DNA from: Candidatus Ruthenibacterium avium
Lineage (GTDB): Bacteria; Bacillota; Clostridia; Oscillospirales; Ruminococcaceae
DNA length: 64,000 nucleotides
Reading direction: 5' to 3'
Assembly (NCBI GenBank): GCA_019118905.1
Contig: DWYA01000077.1
Span: 4,956 to 68,955, forward strand
In this document: positions 57,758 to 64,000 of the stretch, one piece after another
Numbering within the stretch: the stretch's first letter is position 1
How the letters are laid out: each line of letters opens with the position of its first letter
The notes under the pieces: generated by a model
What the model saw: the letters and a program-made list of their open reading frames with translations, nothing else
Told to the model about the DNA's origin: nothing
Databases searched by the model: none
Program-made: the position numbers and the translations under genes

Positions 57758-58915
57758 TTAAGCGCCGGAAAACAGCTGCGCCAGCGCTTGCGCGGCCATG
57801 CGTCCTGCGGCCAGCGCTTCGGAAAGTGTGTTGGCGTGGCCGCCAACCTCCAAAAGCAAACTGCCGGTGGAAAGATCTTGGTTATAATAGCGGTAATCAA
57901 ACAGCACCGGGCGAGTCAAACCGGGAAACATACCTTCCATTTGGGCCTGCCACGCGGCGGCAAAACGCAAATTTTGTTTGTAGTTGGGCAAATTTCCATC
58001 TTGGTCGGCACAGGAAATCAGCATCACCTGTGCGCTCTTTTCGCCGTTGATTGTAACGACAGGTTTCACGCGGGTGCCGTCGGCGCGCTGAATGGCGTCG
58101 CGGTGAACATCAATCACCACTTTAATGGAGGGGTATTGCTGTAAGTAGCTGCGCACAGTGGCGTTGCTTTTTTCGTAACTGCCGGTATAGCTGGGGTAAT
58201 CGTGCAGCGTTGTGTCGTGCAGCGTGTTGATACCGGCGGCGTTTAAAATATCAGTCATCTGCTGTCCTACGGCCACCATGTTTACAGCGGTGTCGGTAGT
58301 TCGGGCGGAAAACGCCGGGTCGGTGTAGCTGTGTTCGGCGCCTTCATAACATTCTGTTGCATGGGTGTGAACAATCAGCACTTGCGGCTCGGAAGAATTT
58401 TTTTCTACCGAAAACGGCAAGGGCTGCCCCACTTCGGCGGCAACTTCTGCATCCGGCAAACTGGTTGAGTTGCGAATGAGCGCTGTTCCGGTGGGGATAT
58501 ACCCGGTGCCCGCCGATGCCTGAAAATGCTGCTCTAAAAGCGGAACCATCCCTTGAGGAACGGCTTCCCCGGCAATCGGGGCGCGTGCCTCCAGCGGTTC
58601 ATCCGCAGAAACGGGAGCGGCGGCGCTTTCGGCGGCTGGTGCGCTGCTTTCTGCCGTCGGGGCGGGATTTTCCACGGGGGCTTGTACTTCTTCGGCGGGA
58701 ACGCTTTCCGTGGCGGCTGCCGCTGCGCTCTCTGCGCTGAAAAACTCTTGCGCCGTGCGCAGTGCCGCAACAGGAGACGCAAAAAATGCGCCTGTACCTG
58801 CAAGCACCAGCGGGGGAGAAACGCGCAGAAGCCCCGCAGATAAAAACACCGTGCACGACACGGCAAAAACAAACGATGCAAGGCGCACGAACGTGCGGCG
58901 GCGTTGTTTGTACAT
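57758..58915 (-). CDS. spoIIP: Stage II sporulation protein P
   Basis: N-terminal TM; VLIVHTHATE.Y, IDVHRD and YNQDL...SLLLEVG...N motifs. Confidence 0.92.
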   Translation of the reverse strand: MYKQRRRTFVRLASFVFAVSCTVFLSAGLLRVSPPLVLAGTGAFFASPVAALRTAQEFFSAESAAAAATESVPAEEVQAPVENPAPTAESSAPAAESAAAPVSADEPLEARAPIAGEAVPQGMVPLLEQHFQASAGTGYIPTGTALIRNSTSLPDAEVAAEVGQPLPFSVEKNSSEPQVLIVHTHATECYEGAEHSYTDPAFSARTTDTAVNMVAVGQQMTDILNAAGINTLHDTTLHDYPSYTGSYEKSNATVRSYLQQYPSIKVVIDVHRDAIQRADGTRVKPVVTINGEKSAQVMLISCADQDGNLPNYKQNLRFAAAWQAQMEGMFPGLTRPVLFDYRYYNQDLSTGSLLLEVGGHANTLSEALAAGRMAAQALAQLFSGA

Positions 58916-58934
58916 CCAAAATCACCTCGCAATA

Positions 58935-58963
58935 TGCTTATGATTTTGGACAGGCATTTAGAA
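58935..58963 (-). promoter_or_regulatory. Possible SigE promoter for spoIIP
   Basis: On the minus strand TTCTAAA, 14 bp, CATAAGCA. spoIIP is SigE-dependent in B. subtilis; consensus recalled, not computed. Confidence 0.4.
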
Positions 58964-59006
58964 CCCGTGCGGCAGGCTTTGCTGCTGTGTTTGCAACATC
59001 AAAATT

Positions 59007-60401
59007 TTATGAAGCACTGTGGTTCCACGCCAGCGAAAGGCGCTGTACCGCCGGGGGGATGGCATCATCGGCAAGACCCGCATAGCCCAGCACCACCTGT
59101 GCGCGTCTTGCGTGGGGCGTGTGTGCGTCATAGGACGAAAGGCTGCTGCACCGCACACTTTGCGCAGCTGCCGCTTGCACCAGCTGCTCCGCGTCCGGCC
59201 AGCCGGGCAGAGCCGCCAGCAAATGCAGCCCTGTGTGAGTGCCCTGCAAAGCGATATCGGGAAATGCGCCCCGCAGCGCATCAATCAACAAATCGCGGCG
59301 GCGGCGGTAGGCCAGACGCAGGCGGCGCAAATGGGCGGCAAACTGCCCGTTTTCCATCATTTGTGCCAGCGTGTGCTGTTCAAAGCGGCTGACCGTACAG
59401 GAATAAAAGCCAAATTCACTGTTCCAGCGCGGCACAAGCGTTTGGGGCAAAACGATATAGGCAATGCGAAACGCGGGTGCAAGGCTTTTGGAAAATGTGC
59501 CTACATAAATCACGCGCCCTGCTGCGTCCATACCCTGCAAGCTTGGCAGCGGCTTTGTATCAAAACGAAATTCGCTGTCGTAATCGTCCTCAATAATATA
59601 GCGCCCCGGCGCTTGGCCTGCCCAAGTCAATAGCTCATAGCGGCGGGCGGCGGGCATGGTTACTCCGGTGGGGAACTGATGGCTGGGCGTGATATACGCA
59701 ATCTGCGCTTCGCTTTCGCAAAGGTGCTGGACAGACATGCCCTGCGCGTCAAGCGATACAAAGCGCACGGCGGCCCCGTTGTTTTTCAAAATATGTGCGG
59801 TGCGCGGATAACCCGGGTTTTCCACTGCAAAACACGATCCGGAAAACAACCGCGCAAGCAGACCCAGTAAATATTCCATGCCCGCGCCCACCACCACTTG
59901 ATGTGCGCCGCACACCACCCCGCGATGTTCGCGCAAATGAGCGGCAATGGCGCGCCGAAGCACCTCGTCGCCCGAACGCTCGCCATGATTCAGCAGCTGC
60001 GGCTCTTGGGATAAAATGCTTTGGTGAATGCGCCGCCATGTTTTAAAAGGAAAAAGAGTGGTGTCAATGGAAGATGTGGTGAAATCGTATAAAAATTGCG
60101 GCGCGGGTGTGCTGACGGGCGGCTGTACGAGAGGAGCGGCCTTTGTTGTAACATTTAAAAGCTTACATACAGTAAACCCACTGCGTGGTGTTGATTGAAT
60201 GTATCCTTCGGCTGCCAGCATACCATACGCCGTGTCTACGGTATTTACACTTACGTCAAGGTCTGCCGCCAGCCGCCGTTTTCCGGGCAGCCGTTCGCCC
60301 GCTTGCAGCTGCCCGGTGCGGATTTGCTGCTGCAAAGCGGTGTAAAGTTGAAGATACAGCGGCGTTTTCCCACGCCGCAGCGAAAGCGTAAGTGTTTGCA
60401 T
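59007..60401 (-). CDS. MocR/GabR-family regulator (GntR HTH plus PLP aminotransferase domain)
   Basis: LPGKRRLAADL.VS.NTV..AY..L..EGY, TPSHQFP.G, EDDYDSEF and GTFSK motifs. Confidence 0.93.
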   Translation of the reverse strand: MQTLTLSLRRGKTPLYLQLYTALQQQIRTGQLQAGERLPGKRRLAADLDVSVNTVDTAYGMLAAEGYIQSTPRSGFTVCKLLNVTTKAAPLVQPPVSTPAPQFLYDFTTSSIDTTLFPFKTWRRIHQSILSQEPQLLNHGERSGDEVLRRAIAAHLREHRGVVCGAHQVVVGAGMEYLLGLLARLFSGSCFAVENPGYPRTAHILKNNGAAVRFVSLDAQGMSVQHLCESEAQIAYITPSHQFPTGVTMPAARRYELLTWAGQAPGRYIIEDDYDSEFRFDTKPLPSLQGMDAAGRVIYVGTFSKSLAPAFRIAYIVLPQTLVPRWNSEFGFYSCTVSRFEQHTLAQMMENGQFAAHLRRLRLAYRRRRDLLIDALRGAFPDIALQGTHTGLHLLAALPGWPDAEQLVQAAAAQSVRCSSLSSYDAHTPHARRAQVVLGYAGLADDAIPPAVQRLSLAWNHSAS

Positions 60402-60434
60402 AAAGCGTTCCCCTTTGCGGTCAAAAATCAGCTG

Positions 60435-60486
60435 AAACTGAACCCATAAAAATATTACAAACTGAATATTTTCTTGGAGTCAGTTT
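60435..60486. promoter_or_regulatory. Candidate MocR operator: two direct and one inverted AAACTGA
   Basis: AAACTGAA at 60435 and 60459, TCAGTTT at 60480, lying between the divergent MocR and ECF-S genes. Confidence 0.5.
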
Positions 60487-60556
60487 TTGGATACAATTAG
60501 GATAAATCAAGTGGCCGCACCTGTCAAGAGGAGCGGCAAGGGAAAGGGAGAGCCAT

Positions 60557-61120
60557 ATGAAACAACATGAAAAAGTAAAAAAGATTGCGGTGACGGGGCT
60601 GCTCAGCGCACTGGTATTTTTGTTCAGCTGGGTACAAATTCCCATTGGGGATGTGGCACGTCTGCATTTGGGCAATGTGTTCTGCGCACTGTTCGGCTTA
60701 CTGTTCGGGCCGCTGGTGGGCGGAATTGCCTCCGGTTTTGGCAGTATGCTGTTTGATTTTACAAACCCCGCTTATATTGCCGAAAGCTGGATCACCTTTA
60801 TCACAAAATTTGCCATTGGCTTTTTGGCGGGTGTGATTGCAAAGCGCAGTGCGGCAGGGCGTGCGGGCGTGCTGCGTGACACAGCGGCGGCAGGTGTTGG
60901 CTGTTTTGCGTATGTAGTGCTTTACTTGTTAAAATCCTTTATTATGATGGCTTGGGTGGAGGGCCAAGTGATGGAAGCTGTTTACACCCAGCTCATTACA
61001 AAAGGCATCACCTCGGCAGTGAATGCGCTGTGCGCGGTAGTATTTTCTGTGGTGTTGGCACAGGCAATGCGCCCGGCTTTGCGCCGCGCCCACTTGTGGC
61101 AGGAGTCTACCTTGCCTTGA
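60557..61120 (+). CDS. ECF transporter S component (probably vitamin B6 related)
   Basis: IP......HLGN, GGIASGFGSMLFD and TFITKF motifs; substrate inferred from the divergent MocR. Confidence 0.82.
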   Translation: MKQHEKVKKIAVTGLLSALVFLFSWVQIPIGDVARLHLGNVFCALFGLLFGPLVGGIASGFGSMLFDFTNPAYIAESWITFITKFAIGFLAGVIAKRSAAGRAGVLRDTAAAGVGCFAYVVLYLLKSFIMMAWVEGQVMEAVYTQLITKGITSAVNALCAVVFSVVLAQAMRPALRRAHLWQESTLP

Positions 61121-61141
61121 CTGCGTAAAACCAAATTTTAT

Positions 61142-61180
61142 AATAGACAGTGATTTTTTACTATCACTGTCTATTTTTTT
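61142..61180 (+). terminator. Intrinsic terminator after the ECF-S gene
   Basis: aatagacagtgat/atcactgtctatt plus T tract. Confidence 0.8.
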
Positions 61181-61295
61181 GTTGTCTTGCGCATAAATTG
61201 AAACTACGAGCAGGATTTTTATAAATTTTCCGACTTTGTTTGGTATAATAGGCAGAATACACGGGAATCCTGCCGGAAAGGGGAGAATATGCCAT

Positions 61296-62087
61296 ATGCT
61301 TTATGCCTTTTACAAAAAACGGCGAGAACGTTTGGAAAAGAAGCTGGAAGCTGTGAAAAAGCGCGAAGCCGCAGCATTGGCGCGAGAGCAGAAAAACGAT
61401 GAGGAACGACGCGAAAATTTAAAAGGGGTTCCGGGGCATTTTGCCCATGGGCTGAACTTTTATAAATATTTTTGGATTTTCTTTATTTGTTGTTTTTTAG
61501 GTGTAGTGATAGAAACCGTATTTTGTTTGGTAACCACCGGAAGGCTGATGCAGCGCACCGGCTTGGTGTGGGGGCCGTTTAACTTAATTTACGGCATTGG
61601 GGCAGTGCTGCTGACGGCGTGTTTACACCGCTTTGTTACCAAAAATGACCGCTGGTTATTTCTGGGCGGCGCAGTGCTGGGCGGTGCATTTGAATATTTT
61701 TGCAGCTGGCTGCAAGAAACGGTTACCGGAACCGTCAGCTGGGATTATTCCAATTATCCGCTGAATATCAATGGCCGTATCAATGCACTATATTGCTTGT
61801 TTTGGGGCATTTTGGCGCTTGTGTGGATTAAAGAGCTGTATCCGCGCTTAAATGGGTGGATTGAACGAAGTGTGTCAAACCGTTACGGCAAGGCCATCAC
61901 TTGGCTTCTGGTGGTGTTCATGCTTGCCAATAGTCTTGTCAGCGGTGCGGCAGTGATGCGCTGGCAGCAGCGCTATGACGGCGTACCGGCCACGCAGACA
62001 TGGCAGACCGCTATGGACGAAGCTTATCCCGATGACGTTCTTTCTAAAATTTATCCCAGCATGGTGCGCACAAAAAACAAAGTGTAA
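61296..62087 (+). CDS. 'Putative ABC transporter permease' (CmpB/DUF1113-like) with a charged N-terminus
   Basis: FFICCFLG..IE, GPF..IYG.G, EYF.S...E...G...WDYS....NINGR motifs. Confidence 0.78.
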   Translation: MLYAFYKKRRERLEKKLEAVKKREAAALAREQKNDEERRENLKGVPGHFAHGLNFYKYFWIFFICCFLGVVIETVFCLVTTGRLMQRTGLVWGPFNLIYGIGAVLLTACLHRFVTKNDRWLFLGGAVLGGAFEYFCSWLQETVTGTVSWDYSNYPLNINGRINALYCLFWGILALVWIKELYPRLNGWIERSVSNRYGKAITWLLVVFMLANSLVSGAAVMRWQQRYDGVPATQTWQTAMDEAYPDDVLSKIYPSMVRTKNKV

Positions 62088-62230
62088 AATATCAGCCGGA
62101 ATACTGGTTTTTTTGTAAAAAATCGTGTACAATAATTGAATGAGCGGCCAACAAGGCCGGAAAACCGCAAAAAAAGAAACGCAAAAGAGTGTTTAAAGCC
62201 ACGGGGCGGCCAAAGGGCTGCCCCTTAACA

Positions 62231-63775
62231 ATGAAGCATTTCGGGGGGAAAAGCTTGAAAAAAGAATCTTTTTTCGACACCATTACAGAAGGCTTGTGCG
62301 ATTTTTGGATTCGCGTGCAAAATAAAAGCAAGTTGGACATTGCCATTTTAATTGTGGGAATTTTGCTGGCCATCACCGTGTTTGCCATCTTAACGTTCTC
62401 GGTGCTTCAAGCTGTGGCGGGCAGCCCTGTCACAAACGACCAAATGGATATTATTGCCGCTGCGCCCAGCGCCAGTGAGGTGGCCGACAGCGGATATGAC
62501 CAAACCGCCGCCGTAATTGACAAGGAAGTGTTTGACGGTACCGTGCTGATTGAAGGAGAGGACGCGGGCCAGGATTATCTGGACGAAACGCTGTTTATCG
62601 GCGACTCCAATACCGTGCGCATGGTAACCCTTGGCCATGCGGCCGAAGAAAACACGCTTGCCGCCGTCAGCATGGGCATTCAGCATGTGCTGTCGTCTAA
62701 CTGCATGAATTTTCAGGGCTACGGTTATGTGTCGGTACCCACCGCAGTGGAGCTGATGCAGCCCAAGCGAATCATGATCACCTACGGCACAAATAACGCC
62801 TATTCCTCGCCGGACGACTTTATTGAATGGTATAAGGATGCTTTGAGCTATATCCGCGAAGCTTGGGACTACGCTGATATCATCATCAATGCGGTGCCGC
62901 CTGTGGCAAAAACGCGCAGCTATCCGCAAATTACCATGAAAACCATCGACGAGTTTAACCTCAAGCTGGCCGAGCTGGCAAAAGAAGAAGGATACTACTT
63001 TTTAAATTCCAGCGAGGCGCTGAAAGGCGACGACGGCTATGCTGTGCCGGGATATATGGAGCGTGACGGTATCCATTTGAGCGCGGAAGGCATGGATGTT
63101 TTGATGAAATATATCAGCACCCATCCGCTGGAAACCCAGGATCGCCGCCCCATGCCGCTGGATGATATTCCCAAACACATCCAAACCCCGGATACGTTCT
63201 TTAACCCGCCCGCGCCGTCCTCTGTACAGACGAGTGCATCGGCGGATAGTTCCGAGGACGTTTGCACCAACCATCAGTGGGGTGTGACGGATACGATGAC
63301 GGGCATACAGGTGTGCCAGATTTGCGGCGCGACCCAGCAAGACCCGACATGGACGGCACACACGCACACCTGGGGAGCTGTTAATCCGGCTACAAGCACA
63401 CAAACTTGTACTATTTGTGGAGCGACGCAACAGCATACGCATACATGGGGAGCAACCGACCCAACAACAGGTCAACGTATTTGTTCTACATGTGGTGCGG
63501 CTGGTAAAGATCCGAGTTGGATACCACCGGCACAAACAACACCGACTGTGCCACCGGCAGAAACAACGCCAACCACGCCACCGGCGGAAACAACGCCCAC
63601 TGTGCCGCCAGCGGAAACAACGCCAACCACACCGCCAGCGGAAACAACGCCAACCACACCGCCGGCGGAAACAACGCCAACTACACCGCCGGCGGAAACA
63701 ACGCCAACCACACCGCCGGCAGAAACAACACCAACCACTCCACCGGCTTCTACACCAACCGCTCCGGCGGCTTAA
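62231..63775 (+). CDS. Membrane-anchored SGNH/GDSL hydrolase with three Cys/His repeats and a Pro/Thr tail (start 62231 or TTG 62255)
   Basis: N-terminal TM; IGDSN, YGTNN and DGIH motifs; three H.W.x12.CxxCG units; eight PPAETTPTT-like repeats. Confidence 0.82.
   Translation: MKHFGGKSLKKESFFDTITEGLCDFWIRVQNKSKLDIAILIVGILLAITVFAILTFSVLQAVAGSPVTNDQMDIIAAAPSASEVADSGYDQTAAVIDKEVFDGTVLIEGEDAGQDYLDETLFIGDSNTVRMVTLGHAAEENTLAAVSMGIQHVLSSNCMNFQGYGYVSVPTAVELMQPKRIMITYGTNNAYSSPDDFIEWYKDALSYIREAWDYADIIINAVPPVAKTRSYPQITMKTIDEFNLKLAELAKEEGYYFLNSSEALKGDDGYAVPGYMERDGIHLSAEGMDVLMKYISTHPLETQDRRPMPLDDIPKHIQTPDTFFNPPAPSSVQTSASADSSEDVCTNHQWGVTDTMTGIQVCQICGATQQDPTWTAHTHTWGAVNPATSTQTCTICGATQQHTHTWGATDPTTGQRICSTCGAAGKDPSWIPPAQTTPTVPPAETTPTTPPAETTPTVPPAETTPTTPPAETTPTTPPAETTPTTPPAETTPTTPPAETTPTTPPASTPTAPAA
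63524..63739 (+). repeat. In-frame 27-bp tandem repeat, 8 full units plus a partial ninth
   Basis: Consensus ccgccggcggaaacaacgccaaccaca, encoding PPAETTPT(T/V). Confidence 0.95.
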
Positions 63776-63791
63776 AACACATGATGTGATT

Positions 63792-63843
63792 AAAATAACA
63801 GTTAGGAATAAACGAAAAGTTTATTTCTAACTGTTATTTTTTT
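63792..63843 (+). terminator. Long hairpin terminator after the SGNH gene
   Basis: aaaataacagttaggaataaac/gtttatttctaactgttatttt plus T tract. Confidence 0.75.
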
Positions 63844-64000
63844 ATTTCCGGCATTTTGTGAAAAATAGAGTATATGAAACAAAGGAATCTATTTTTGTTG
63901 TAATGTTTTCACAAAGTTTCTTTCAACCAAAGCGGAAAATGACAAAAGTATGGAAAATTTTTTAAAAAGGTAGTAAAATGTAATAAGCTTATAAAAAGGG

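Noticed and set aside
63524-63739. 27-bp repeats as a CRISPR array
   Set aside because: Head-to-tail with no spacers, in frame, and varying at third codon positions.

Overview
Chromosomal window from a roughly 55% GC, spore-forming, probably motile gut Clostridia bacterium (Oscillospiraceae-like; inferred from gene content). Left to right: (1) a type II CRISPR-Cas locus on the minus strand (cas9 of 1168 aa, cas1, and a cas2 cut by the window edge and missed by the ORF track), with a divergently transcribed tracrRNA whose leader carries a near-perfect duplicate of the anti-repeat; no array is inside the window; (2) a galacto-N-biose/lacto-N-biose utilisation locus (GH112 phosphorylase, ABC binding protein and permeases, NahK-like kinase, nucleotidyltransferase, GalE, two AraC regulators); (3) a CI/LexA-like HTH-S24 repressor followed by a radical SAM/HhH and DUF4130 DNA-repair pair, with a shared 13-bp palindromic operator candidate; (4) a motility block (MCP, EAL-HDOD, FlhB-like, FliK-like, cheAWRB, YjfB-like) with a promoter-led structured intergenic region; (5) an FtsX-type ABC exporter with TetR; (6) a housekeeping run from a lipoprotein and two-component system through prmC, recA, recX, rimO and pgsA; (7) GT2 with rmlA, rmlD and rmlB but no rmlC; (8) malic enzyme, split fumarase and brnQ; (9) PrsA-like foldase, sulfatase, spoIIP, MocR with an ECF S component, and an SGNH hydrolase with Cys/His repeats and a 27-bp tandem repeat. 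All family calls are by-eye motif recognition; no database search or folding program was run.
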